The notes under the pieces: model-generated | What the model was told of the DNA's origin: nothing | Seen by the model: only the letters and a program-made list of their open reading frames with translations | Database searches by the model: none | Part shown: positions 1-8,473 of the stretch, in pieces | Layout: each line of letters opens with the position of its first letter | How positions within the stretch are numbered: position 1 is the stretch's first letter | Source of the DNA: a virus | Lineage: Duplodnaviria; Heunggongvirae; Uroviricota; Caudoviricetes | DNA: 29,767 nucleotides | Strand: one strand, 5' to 3' | Virus record (IMG/VR): IMGVR_UViG_2534681604_000009 | Made by a program: the position numbers and the translations under genes

Positions 1-219
1 TTACATCCACATAATTTGCTGCCCTGACGGCAACGGGTGCGGCCTTACGGCGTGGACTTCTCCCGGCTTCACGATGTATCGCTGTACCGACTCATAAGTG
101 ATGAACGTGGCGCTGCAATTCACGTTCTGGCACTGGTGATAACGCTCTTTTGTCGTGTCAGTGATATAGCGGCTTGTACGCGCATGTGCGGCATGTTGGC
201 ATAAAGGACAATGAAACAT
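1..219 (-). CDS. ogr: Late gene transcriptional activator Ogr (C4 zinc finger)
   Basis: The ORF track 1..333 translation contains MFHCPLCQHAAHARTSRYITDTTKERYHQCQNVNCSATF...GQQIMWM, which I recognise as P2 Ogr (72 aa) with CxxC...CxxC zinc-binding cysteines. I trimmed the start to the internal Met that gives a 72-aa product. The stop codon lies at the window edge. Confidence 0.88.
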   Translation of the reverse strand: MFHCPLCQHAAHARTSRYITDTTKERYHQCQNVNCSATFITYESVQRYIVKPGEVHAVRPHPLPSGQQIMWM

Positions 220-301
220 CGCGAGCACCTCTTCCGGTTTTGTTGATGGTGCCATTTTAGTTAATTTATCCTTATAAAACAAACAGATAAACAAAAAAAC
301 A

Positions 302-1465
302 TCACTCATCATCTTCTGTTTCATACTCCACATCAGAAAGTCTTACCTCAAGCTCCAAGGACGTCGTGAAGCCGCTATTATTCAGAAAATGTGTCACCTT
401 AGTGATTGTCCAGTCCTGCTCGTCTATGACGCGCTTAAAGCCAGACACTTTAACCGGTGTTTCCGTGTAAATATCTGCCCGACCGGTAGCCAGGCTGATG
501 GAGAACTCCGCAACGCCCCGTTGCAGTTTATCCCACTTCGCCTGAGCGGCGCGCATGGCCTGCGCTTTTGTGGCATATACCGTAGTCAGGGCAAAAACGT
601 TGTCAGCTTCACCGGCCATGTATTCACCTTCGCGCGCTTCCGGTACTTTTGGCGCTTTCTTCTGCGTGACTGGTTTCGCTTTCGGGTGCTCCAGTGCGCG
701 CAGGTGTTTCTCTTTCTTTTTGCGTTTCAGTTTTACCTTCTGCTTTTGCGGTTTCGGGTCTTTGGTGTGTAGCCATTTTGCCGTTACACCGGTGTAGGCT
801 CCACGGTCAGCAATCGCAAAATGATGACGGTCGCCGTCGCTGCGGGTGATGGTGACCTGCGGGATTTTTTTACCGCTGGCCGTCCCCCCCTGCCCCGCTT
901 TGAGAAACAACAGTTTTCCCATTTTTACCGACACCTCCCCGCCGTTGCGTTCAGCAAGACGGGTCAGGAATTTCGCATCAGACTCCTGCGACTGGTCGAT
1001 GTGCGGGATTTTAATTCCGGCCAGTGGCGGAGCGACACTGGCTTCCAGCCTGTTACGGGAGGCTATCGCCTCAACAATCGCACCGAGCGTGGTGTCATGC
1101 CAGGAGCCTTCACGGCGGGAATTGAGCGTGCCACGAAAATCTGCACTCCGGGCCCGGATGGTGACCACATCCGGCGCGCCCCGGTGTTCTACCTCATCAA
1201 CGGTGAATTTCCCTTTGCATACCAGGGCAAAACCTTTCCAGCCGATATACACCGTCAGGACAGCGCCACGAACCGGCAGCCCGACCTGCCCGTCGGCATC
1301 GTTCAGTTCAATATCAAGCTGGTCAGCCTCAAAACCCCGGTTATCCGTCAGGATCATACTCATCAGACGGTCGCTGATATTGCCGGTAATATCCCTGCTG
1401 TCGAGCATCAGCATGTAATCCGGCGTCAGCGTACTGCCTGCATCAAATGTCAGCGCATCCAGCAT
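302..1465 (-). CDS. D: Tail protein D (late control gene D protein)
   Basis: 387-aa ORF with an ATG start (cat at 1463..1465 on the + strand). Its length and its position between U and ogr match P2 gpD. It has a lysine-rich internal linker (KPQKQKVKLKRKKKEK). Confidence 0.9.
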   Translation of the reverse strand: MLDALTFDAGSTLTPDYMLMLDSRDITGNISDRLMSMILTDNRGFEADQLDIELNDADGQVGLPVRGAVLTVYIGWKGFALVCKGKFTVDEVEHRGAPDVVTIRARSADFRGTLNSRREGSWHDTTLGAIVEAIASRNRLEASVAPPLAGIKIPHIDQSQESDAKFLTRLAERNGGEVSVKMGKLLFLKAGQGGTASGKKIPQVTITRSDGDRHHFAIADRGAYTGVTAKWLHTKDPKPQKQKVKLKRKKKEKHLRALEHPKAKPVTQKKAPKVPEAREGEYMAGEADNVFALTTVYATKAQAMRAAQAKWDKLQRGVAEFSISLATGRADIYTETPVKVSGFKRVIDEQDWTITKVTHFLNNSGFTTSLELEVRLSDVEYETEDDE

Positions 1466-1944
1466 TATCCCGCCCCCGTCATACCCGTGAATCTGGTCGC
1501 CATACTGCCAGCCTTACCGATGAGCGATTCCGCCTGTTTACCGATATCGCCATAAAGCGCGGCCAGTGATTCATCAACGCGGGTGAGCGACAGCGTAAAA
1601 TCAATTTTCCGGGGTGTGCCGTCTGCAAAGAAAATACTCCCTGTTTCACTCACCCTGCTGATGACATACATGCCGTAAATCATGCCGGTGCCATCCAGCA
1701 ACGGCCACGCCCGGCCTTCCTCTGCCATCAGTCTGAGCGTGGTCATCGTCAGCTTTCCGCCGGTCAGTTCAGGATAAAGCACACCGGCAAGCGTGATGTT
1801 TTCTTCACCCACACCGAGAAACTGGTAGGCATCCCGTTTACCGATACGGGAATTTGACGGCCAGCGATAATCTGATTCACGCTGCATGGTCTGGTGTGGC
1901 AGCGTCTGGCGCATAAAAACAAACATACCTAACGCGAGCATCAT
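1465..1944 (-). CDS. U: Tail protein U
   Basis: 159-aa ORF immediately downstream of T, with its stop overlapping the D start. Position and size match P2 gpU. Confidence 0.88.
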   Translation of the reverse strand: MMLALGMFVFMRQTLPHQTMQRESDYRWPSNSRIGKRDAYQFLGVGEENITLAGVLYPELTGGKLTMTTLRLMAEEGRAWPLLDGTGMIYGMYVISRVSETGSIFFADGTPRKIDFTLSLTRVDESLAALYGDIGKQAESLIGKAGSMATRFTGMTGAG

Positions 1945-1958
1945 TTTTCGTCACCTCC

Positions 1959-4406
1959 TTAACCGTCATGCATCATGCTGGCACGGGCGCGCGCACGTTT
2001 ATCCCGCTCGTATTTTTCGAGCGCATCCTGTAACTGGCGGTCAAGCTGTGCCCCCGGCGCAGTACCGCCCTTCAGGCTGATGTGATATTCGTTTTTACTC
2101 TGGTCCACATAAGAGCGACCAGCCGGTGCCGTGACCGGCTGATAAGCCTGATAGCCTGCATAAGAGCTGGTCGCCGGAATATAACCACCGGTGCCATACG
2201 TGGCGGCATTAGTCCTTGCGGCGGTCTGGTCAAGTGTGCCTGACTCTTTGTTGATGACACCGAGTTTTTCCAGTACCCAGTCAATACCACTGCGCAGTTT
2301 GTTGAACGCATTAAGCGGCAGCATCAGCGCGTCAGCCAGTGCCTGCCCGAACATGACGCCCGTGTCACGGCAACGGTTCAGGGTGTCCTGGGTGGCTTTG
2401 ACCGGGGCAATCAGGTTTTTAAACCACTGCCACGCGGCCTGTAACTTTTCACCCAGCCAGTCAAACACCGGCTTAAGTGGCGTGAACAGTTCCCCCACCG
2501 GCGCAAATGCCGCTTTCAGCCCTTCCACCACACCGCCAAAGAATGCGCTGACAGGCTCCCAGTATTTACGGATAAGTAACGCTCCGGCGACAATGGCGGC
2601 CACCACGGCCACTACCGGCCAGCTAATCGCCCCGATGGCCGTCATAACGGCACTGCCAACCGTCGTGAAGATTGCCCCCATTGCGCCTGCTGCTGCGATA
2701 ATGGCATTGATGCCGGTGATAACCGGCCAGGCTACGAGACCAATGGCACCGATGACACCAATCAGCGCCAGTGCACCACCGACAATGAGGCCGATGGTTG
2801 ACGCCAGTGATTTGTTTTTCTGGATCCAGCCGTCGAGTTTTAACACATATTTTGTGGCCGTCTGCGTGAGATTACGCAGTGCGCCTTCCTGCTGGTCAAA
2901 CAAGTCTGTCCCCACCGCCTCATAAGCGGACTGAAACTCCTTAAAGTCACCGCCGAGGTTGTCCTGCATGATATTTACCAGTTCTGCGGTCTTCCCGTCT
3001 GAGGCTTTAAACGCAGCAGTCAGTTTGTCCAGCTTTCCGGTTGACGCGGCAGTCATCAGCACAGCGGCGGCTGAGCTGGCCTCCTCCCCGAAAATAGTTT
3101 TCATGTATTCAGCCTGCTGGGCAGTACCGAGCCGGTTTTTCTCAAAACTGGCCTGCATTTCTTTCAGAATGGTAAATACTGGCCGGGTATTCCCCTTACT
3201 GTCTGAGGTTTTCACGCCAAGCTCTTTGAGTGCATCCCATGCTTTTCCCGTCGGTGCCTGCAGGCGGCTTAACACGGCACGGCTTCCCGTCCCCGCCATT
3301 GAGCCTGTGATTTTTGCATCATGCAGTACCCCGACCATTGCGGCGGTTTCTTCAATGCTGACACCGGCATTTTTTGCCACAGGTGCGGCATAGGTCAGCG
3401 CATCGCTCATGCCGTCAAAATCGGCGGCGGTTTTGTTCATCGTCATGGAGAGAACATCCCCGATATGAGCGACCTTATCGTTTGAAAGCTGAAAGGCGGA
3501 TTTCATCCCCATCAGCAGGGCGGCGTTTTCCTCCATCGTGCGGCGGTTTGCCAGCGCCATGTTCAGCGTGACCGGCGTTGCCGCCTGAATGGCATCAACA
3601 TCCCCACCGGCTTTTGCAATGATAATCTGTGCACCGGCTGCATCATCCGCCGAGGCGGCGGTATTGTCGCCGAGCTGGCGCGCCTGCTTGCGGAGTGCTG
3701 TCATTTCGGCGGAGTCTTTTGCCACTCCTAGCACGGCCTGCAATTCTGAGTTTTTCTGCGCAAACTCATAACCGGGCATCAGCAGCTTAACTCCGGCCAT
3801 CGTTCCCGCCGCCGCAATCCCCACACCGGCAGCGCCCACCGAGGCCATATTTCCGGCCAGCTCCTTTCCTGTCTGATAACGCTGTTTTACTGCGTTAAGT
3901 TTTGCCTGTTGCGCACTGACACGCGCCAGCGCATCACGCTGACGGTTAAGCTGTGTGGTGGTTTCGCTGATACGGTTTTTCAGCCCTCGTTCATCATGCG
4001 CCAGATTACGGGTATTAATACCCGCCTGACTCAATTCCTGACGCTGGCGCTGTACCGACAATCTCAGGCTGTTATATTTCGCCTGTAACTCAGACGCATT
4101 TTTACGCGCGGCTTCCATTGCCTTTGCCTGTGCATTTGTCGGTCGTTCAGTATTTTTAAACTGGACAGCCAGAGCTGCGGCTTCCTGTCTGGCTTTTTTC
4201 AGTTCCTGACCAGTCACGGCGAGCTGTGCGCTGGTCTTGCGAAATCCCTCAATACGGGATGCGTGACCGTTCAGCTCGCGCAGTGATTTTTGTGTTTCCC
4301 GGATATCCCCCGACAGCGACTTACTCGCTGTGCGGATGGATTTAAACGGGCGGGATGCCTGGTCAACAGCCCTGAGCAATACCTGTAATTTTACATTGTT
4401 ACTCAT
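1959..4406 (-). CDS. T: Tail tape measure protein T
   Basis: 815-aa ORF with a coiled-coil-rich N-terminal half and a hydrophobic Gly/Ala-rich central segment. It sits downstream of E/E', which is the standard chaperone then tape-measure arrangement. The size equals P2 gpT. Confidence 0.9.
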   Translation of the reverse strand: MSNNVKLQVLLRAVDQASRPFKSIRTASKSLSGDIRETQKSLRELNGHASRIEGFRKTSAQLAVTGQELKKARQEAAALAVQFKNTERPTNAQAKAMEAARKNASELQAKYNSLRLSVQRQRQELSQAGINTRNLAHDERGLKNRISETTTQLNRQRDALARVSAQQAKLNAVKQRYQTGKELAGNMASVGAAGVGIAAAGTMAGVKLLMPGYEFAQKNSELQAVLGVAKDSAEMTALRKQARQLGDNTAASADDAAGAQIIIAKAGGDVDAIQAATPVTLNMALANRRTMEENAALLMGMKSAFQLSNDKVAHIGDVLSMTMNKTAADFDGMSDALTYAAPVAKNAGVSIEETAAMVGVLHDAKITGSMAGTGSRAVLSRLQAPTGKAWDALKELGVKTSDSKGNTRPVFTILKEMQASFEKNRLGTAQQAEYMKTIFGEEASSAAAVLMTAASTGKLDKLTAAFKASDGKTAELVNIMQDNLGGDFKEFQSAYEAVGTDLFDQQEGALRNLTQTATKYVLKLDGWIQKNKSLASTIGLIVGGALALIGVIGAIGLVAWPVITGINAIIAAAGAMGAIFTTVGSAVMTAIGAISWPVVAVVAAIVAGALLIRKYWEPVSAFFGGVVEGLKAAFAPVGELFTPLKPVFDWLGEKLQAAWQWFKNLIAPVKATQDTLNRCRDTGVMFGQALADALMLPLNAFNKLRSGIDWVLEKLGVINKESGTLDQTAARTNAATYGTGGYIPATSSYAGYQAYQPVTAPAGRSYVDQSKNEYHISLKGGTAPGAQLDRQLQDALEKYERDKRARARASMMHDG

Positions 4407-4826
4407 TCGTGTTTCCGCTTCGCCGGAGCGCCTTTTCGCGCCATGTGATGAGTTCGGTCAGGCTCATGGGATACAGTTCTGATGGCGGCCAGTGAAATAT
4501 CACTGCCACATCCGCCATCAGGTCATCGACCGAGAGATTTTTCGGAAACGTCACTGCACCGAGTTCGGCGACAAAAAACCGACCACCTTACCGGCCAGTG
4601 CCACAAGGTCAGGCAGTTCCAGCGCGGCGACCTCCTGCTCGGTCAGCATCGGTGCCGTCATGCGCGGCAGCACTTTAATCAGTGCATCGACTTCGGAGTT
4701 TGCGACCGCAGCCAGACTGACACCGCGCAGCGTCCCGGCATTAGGTTTCATCAACGTGACCTGTTCGATTACCTGCTCACCACGCTTGACCGGATTGTCC
4801 AGGGTAATCACATTTTCTTTGTTCAT
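4399..4826 (-). CDS. E+E': Tail assembly chaperone E+E' (programmed -1 frameshift product, 142 aa)
   Basis: Manual translation: the 0 frame reads ...GKVVGFL through GGT TTT TTG. After a -1 slip on T_TTT_TTG the reading frame stays open for 57 further codons (VAELGAVTFPKN...RRSGNTNE) to a TAA at 4399..4401, overlapping the T start. The 142-aa total matches P2 gpE+E'. Confidence 0.72.
4551..4826 (-). CDS. E: Tail assembly chaperone E (unshifted product, 91 aa)
   Basis: 91-aa ORF MNKENVITLDNPVKRGEQ... directly upstream of T. The slippery site lies near its 3' end. Confidence 0.85.
   Translation of the reverse strand: MNKENVITLDNPVKRGEQVIEQVTLMKPNAGTLRGVSLAAVANSEVDALIKVLPRMTAPMLTEQEVAALELPDLVALAGKVVGFLSPNSVQ
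4572..4578 (-). other. Slippery heptamer T_TTT_TTG for the -1 ribosomal frameshift
   Basis: The + strand reads caaaaaa at 4572..4578, which is TTTTTTG on the coding (-) strand in X_XXY_YYZ register with the E frame. Confidence 0.7.
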
Positions 4827-4882
4827 GGTTTTCTCACTTCTGAATCAGGGTTAACCGGTCAGCCTGGCTGACCGGATGAAAA

Positions 4883-5401
4883 TCACAGGCCGATATTGCG
4901 GCGGTGTTGCTCCAGCCGGTCGACGCCGTTCACCTTCTCAATCATGTTGATGGTGTCGATTTCGACCAGCTCCTTACCGTCCATCGTCAGCCGGAAATAG
5001 GTGCAGACCACAGAGATTTTCGACTCGGTGTCTTCTCCCTGTTTCCCCTCGCCGGTGTCGATTTCTTTCTGACGTCCACGCATGACCACTTCGACGGCCA
5101 CCGTTTCGCCGGTATCGTCACGCTGGTAAGAACCAGCAAAACGAATCGGCACGGCATCCACGCCGGTTGCGGCGTAAAGCTCCCAGATAACCGAATCCGG
5201 GAAGCCCCCGAGCGACCACTCCATTGACAGCGCATCGTCATCAAGGCCGAGGTCTACCGGTGCGCTGCCGTTCATCCCCGCACCGCGATAGTTTTCGAGC
5301 TTACGGGTCAGTTTTGGCAGCGTGACGGACTTTGCAACGCCCTGATAGCTGTAGCCGTTCAGAAAGACGTTCATTAACTTGAGTTTGCGCGGCATTGCCA
5401 T
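4883..5401 (-). CDS. FII: Tail tube protein FII
   Basis: 172-aa ORF downstream of FI with an ATG start confirmed. Size and synteny match P2 gpFII. Confidence 0.9.
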   Translation of the reverse strand: MAMPRKLKLMNVFLNGYSYQGVAKSVTLPKLTRKLENYRGAGMNGSAPVDLGLDDDALSMEWSLGGFPDSVIWELYAATGVDAVPIRFAGSYQRDDTGETVAVEVVMRGRQKEIDTGEGKQGEDTESKISVVCTYFRLTMDGKELVEIDTINMIEKVNGVDRLEQHRRNIGL

Positions 5402-5413
5402 CGGTCAGGCTCC

Positions 5414-6604
5414 TTAATTGCTGTTAACCGAAGTGACCAGACTTGCCAGGTATCTGGAAGTAATACGCTGGCGCAGGGTCAGATTTTCAAGAGGAGGCAC
5501 CGGGGTATAGTCGTAGTCGATATACAGTTTTCCGGCCTTGAGGGTTTCCGCATCGTTGGATTCTTCGCTGAACCAGCATGTGCCATCCACGATATAACCG
5601 TTGTTTTTCAGCTCACGGAATTTGGCATTGATGCCGTCAATGATGTCGCGAATCAGCGTTGCGGTGATGGGCTTATCAATAGCCCACATGTGCGCCTCAG
5701 CCATAGTGTCGGCCAGTACCTGCGCGGTGCGGGTGTAGCTTTCAAAGAGGAACAGCGGGTCATCGGAGCAGGTACGGTTACCCCAGAATCGGAAACCGTC
5801 GCGGCGAACCAGCGTTGTGACGCCTGCCTCGTTCAACAGGTCAGCATCAGTGCCGGACTTCTGCAAATCCCAGAATACAGATGCGCTGATGCCGGTAACA
5901 CCGTTTACCCCGACGTTGGACAGCGTTTTATGCCAGCCCTGCTCCTGGTCGATTTTAGCGCGCAGACCCAGCGCACGGGCGGTGGCATACGCGGTGGCGG
6001 TGGTACTGGTGACCGTATCCCATGCGAGGAAATCCGGCCAGATGACCATCAGCTCACGCTGGCTGAAATTCTGGCGGTAGGCTTTCACCTCGGAAATGGT
6101 TTTACAGCCCCATGCGCTGATATACCCGAATGCATTCAGTTCCTGGCATACCGATGCCAGTGCAACAGCCACCTCTTTGGTGTCCAGCCCCGGCACACCA
6201 AGAATGCGCGGTTTAACGCCGGTAACCGACTCAGCCCCCATCAGGGCTTTCAGTCCGGTGTACTGACCGTTTTCGTCGGTGGTGCCGATGATATTGGAAA
6301 CGGTCTGCGCGAGTTTCGTTTCCTCGTCGTCGCCGGTGCCGTCTTCCACACGCACGACAACGGTGACCGGTTTTGACTGGTCGGCGATGGCCTGCAACGA
6401 TGCCGCCAGCGTGCCTTTTTTACCAGCCTTTGCAATTGCGCTCTGCACATTGGTAATCAGCACCGGTTTATTGAGGGGGAAGGTTTCCGCATCCGCATCG
6501 CTGGCCGTGCAGACCATGCCGACAATGGCAGTGGATACGGTGGAAATGACGCGGGTGCCGTCGTTAATCTCCAGCACCTGCACGCCGTGATGATAGTCAC
6601 TCAT
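5414..6604 (-). CDS. FI: Contractile tail sheath protein FI
   Basis: 396-aa ORF and first gene of the FI-FII-E-T-U-D block. A GGAG sequence lies upstream of the ATG at 6602..6604 (- strand). Confidence 0.9.
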   Translation of the reverse strand: MSDYHHGVQVLEINDGTRVISTVSTAIVGMVCTASDADAETFPLNKPVLITNVQSAIAKAGKKGTLAASLQAIADQSKPVTVVVRVEDGTGDDEETKLAQTVSNIIGTTDENGQYTGLKALMGAESVTGVKPRILGVPGLDTKEVAVALASVCQELNAFGYISAWGCKTISEVKAYRQNFSQRELMVIWPDFLAWDTVTSTTATAYATARALGLRAKIDQEQGWHKTLSNVGVNGVTGISASVFWDLQKSGTDADLLNEAGVTTLVRRDGFRFWGNRTCSDDPLFLFESYTRTAQVLADTMAEAHMWAIDKPITATLIRDIIDGINAKFRELKNNGYIVDGTCWFSEESNDAETLKAGKLYIDYDYTPVPPLENLTLRQRITSRYLASLVTSVNSN

Positions 6605-6700
6605 CCGTTTAACTCCGTGGTTAATGGGTGCAACTATTGTCTGTTGGGCAGTGCATGAGACGCTATTTGACCTGACTGGTCAGTGGATGAAACAACAGAT
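6605..6700 (-). promoter_or_regulatory. Region expected to hold the Ogr-dependent late promoter of the FI operon
   Basis: Placed by synteny with the P2 late promoter P_F. I could not find a clean TGT-N12-ACA element; a CTGACTGGTCAG palindrome lies around 6671..6683. Confidence 0.3.
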
Positions 6701-6729
6701 AAAGAAAAGGCGGGCAATCAGCCCGCCTG
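6701..6729 (-). terminator. GC hairpin (GGCGGGC-aatca-GCCCGCC) with a U-tract on the - strand; possible insulator or terminator upstream of FI
   Basis: The inverted repeat is at 6709..6715 and 6721..6727. The + strand aaagaaaa at 6701..6708 gives UUUUCUUU after the stem on the - strand. Confidence 0.35.
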
Positions 6730-6781
6730 CCTTGATTTGTACTCACTCAGTTTCCAACTGACAAATTACGTAACCAAAACC

Positions 6782-6797
6782 CTGTCAAATCTGACAG
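6782..6797. repeat. Inverted repeat CTGTCA-aatc-TGACAG
   Basis: Read directly from the sequence at 6782..6797, about 150 bp upstream of the cargo ORF. Confidence 0.5.
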
Positions 6798-6818
6798 TCT
6801 GCTTTGAGCGAGGAGCGG

Positions 6819-6840
6819 ACGATGAATTCGAATTCATCGT
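6819..6840. repeat. Perfect 22-bp palindrome ACGATGAATTC|GAATTCATCGT (candidate operator)
   Basis: Read directly from the sequence; it is its own reverse complement and contains two abutting GAATTC hexamers. It lies about 105 bp upstream of the cargo ORF start. Confidence 0.5.
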
Positions 6841-6945
6841 AAAAATTTTTATGGCCAAGTAGCTCTATAAGGCCTTTCATTAAAGCTATCTTTGTCACAA
6901 AGCTTATGCAAAAAGTGACTTTATCTTTAAATCTAATAAGATAAC

Positions 6946-7761
6946 ATGATTGACGAAACTCCAAAATCAACTTTACTTAAGCAAAAACGAGGCATGCAAT
7001 TGAAAAAGATTAGGAAAATCAATAAAAAAATCATTGATGAATTGCTATCTCTTCGCGAATCAAGAGGAGCTATAGAAGACTTCTCAATGTCTTTCCTACT
7101 AAATTTTGCAGAAAATTGTCGACTTATGCATTCACTTATTTCAACGAAAGATAAGAAAATAGATATTTACAAAACAGCATATCGACAATATTTTGTATTT
7201 CTAATCAGTTGCTGGGAAACCTATTTTAGAGACGTTTTTGTTTTCGTGCACTCAGTTGATGAATCTAGAATTGCAACACTACTATCTAAAATGAGAACAG
7301 AAACATCTATCAATATAAATACCGAGATAAATCTATCAGAATTATTGAGTAAAAGCTTTAACTTTCAAAACTTAAACGACCTTGAAGAAGCATATAATGG
7401 CATGTGGGGTGAGAGCTTTTTAGACTACATATGTACAACTAATATATCGCCTTGCGGTCTGAGTGGCCAGATTTCCCAAGGTTTATCGATAGAAAATATA
7501 TTTCCAGACTGGAGAGCCCTCATAGAGGAAGCATTTTACATTAGGCACAAAGTGGTTCACGATGCAAACTTCAGACCTAAAGTCAACATTGAATTAATCA
7601 GTAAGGTAGAGACTTTGTTTTTAATAATCCCTCAATTTGCAACGCATATCATATCAGAAAGATTCAACTTAAAAAAAATCGTCATTTCAGATGGTCAAAA
7701 TAACCATACCTATATTCTCAATGTCAGTGATATATTATCTGATGATTGGGTTGTTAGTTGA
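6946..7761 (+). CDS. Hypothetical protein, AT-rich cargo ORF at the Z/fun-equivalent variable locus (candidate defence or abortive-infection gene)
   Basis: 271-aa ORF in opposite orientation to the flanking late genes, visibly AT-rich (about 30 percent GC in the 60-nt blocks I counted). It lies between G and FI, the position of Z/fun in P2. An R-x4-H motif (IRHKVVHD, codons 7543..7560) is present. The start is uncertain: 6946 has a weak SD and an alternative ATG is at 6994. Confidence 0.7.
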   Translation: MIDETPKSTLLKQKRGMQLKKIRKINKKIIDELLSLRESRGAIEDFSMSFLLNFAENCRLMHSLISTKDKKIDIYKTAYRQYFVFLISCWETYFRDVFVFVHSVDESRIATLLSKMRTETSININTEINLSELLSKSFNFQNLNDLEEAYNGMWGESFLDYICTTNISPCGLSGQISQGLSIENIFPDWRALIEEAFYIRHKVVHDANFRPKVNIELISKVETLFLIIPQFATHIISERFNLKKIVISDGQNNHTYILNVSDILSDDWVVS

Positions 7762-7784
7762 TGATGGAATTGTAAGTATATTAA

Positions 7785-7834
7785 CACAAAAAACAAAGAA
7801 ACTAATGAAGTCCGCTTCTGGCACAGAGCGGACT
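7785..7834 (-). terminator. Rho-independent terminator after G (end of the V-W-J-I-H-G operon)
   Basis: Stem aGTCCGCT (7809..7816), loop tctggcacag, stem AGCGGACt (7827..7834). On the - strand it is followed by the U-rich tract UUCAUUAGUUUCUUUGUUUUUUGUGUU. A weaker T-run lies on the + strand side, so it may act in both directions. Confidence 0.5.
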
Positions 7835-7894
7835 GTCAGATTAGTTTTTACTCTGTGCCATAGATGAGTAATCTCACACCAGATCTAATACGAT

Positions 7895-8473
7895 TTATTG
7901 TGGCATTTCAGGCCATTCTATATCCGGAGCATCTTCCGGCTGAACGCGATTCAGTAGCACACGGTATTTTTTCCAGTGTGTCAGACTTAACTTTTCTTCC
8001 TCGGTAGCCATATCTAAATCGACAGCATCCTGCAGCGTGGCAATAATTTCACCGGCATATGCAATCTGCTCTTTCCTCTGAGACTCCGCCGCTCTGACAA
8101 GTGCATCACGCTCTGCATTCTCATCATTCACCCACGCATTTCCGTTCCATTTCTGATAATCCCCATCCGGGGAAATGGCTGTCACGTCAGGTGGTAATGC
8201 ACCAAGTTCAGAAATATATATGGCTGCTCCTGTTTTTGTTTCATAGACAGTTTTCCCACGATGGTCCTCTATCAAATGCCATTTCATTTCGTCTGCATTG
8301 AAAACGGCAGCATAGCCAGCCGGAATATCTGGAGGTGCAATGTCTGTACTGTTTGCAGGCAGACCAGTATGCGGCGGAATATATGCATCGCTTTCGCCAA
8401 TAAATTCATTGCTTCCATCCAGTAAATTAAATACACGAATAGTTTGTGCCTCTGCACTCATTCTGAAAGTCAT
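7895..8473 (-). CDS. G: Tail fibre assembly chaperone G
   Basis: 192-aa ORF immediately downstream of H, with a TAATG stop/start overlap. Position matches P2 gpG. Confidence 0.85.
   Translation of the reverse strand: MTFRMSAEAQTIRVFNLLDGSNEFIGESDAYIPPHTGLPANSTDIAPPDIPAGYAAVFNADEMKWHLIEDHRGKTVYETKTGAAIYISELGALPPDVTAISPDGDYQKWNGNAWVNDENAERDALVRAAESQRKEQIAYAGEIIATLQDAVDLDMATEEEKLSLTHWKKYRVLLNRVQPEDAPDIEWPEMPQ

Noticed and set aside
1-333. Extended 110-aa version of ogr from the track
   Set aside because: The first 38 residues are not part of Ogr as I know it (72 aa) and run into the D/ogr intergenic promoter region. The start was trimmed to Met39.
389-1555. Long + strand ORFs (389..772, 555..797, 821..1555, 846..1418) antisense to gene D
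   Set aside because: They lie entirely inside the well-supported D coding sequence on the opposite strand. They are typical shadow ORFs of GC-rich coding DNA, with low-complexity Ala/Arg/Pro-rich translations and no plausible start context.
2191-3771. + strand ORFs (2191..2925, 2959..3393, 3374..3571, 3589..3771) antisense to the tape measure gene T
   Set aside because: Shadow ORFs within T. Their translations are Ala/Ser/Pro-rich low-complexity strings.
5690-6590. + strand ORFs (5690..6376, 5817..6080, 6279..6590) antisense to FI
   Set aside because: Shadow ORFs inside the tail sheath gene.
6785-6970. - strand 61-aa ORF in the leader of the Z/fun-locus cargo gene
   Set aside because: It spans the palindromes and the cargo start codon on the opposite strand, has no RBS, and is AT-rich sequence that is probably regulatory rather than coding.
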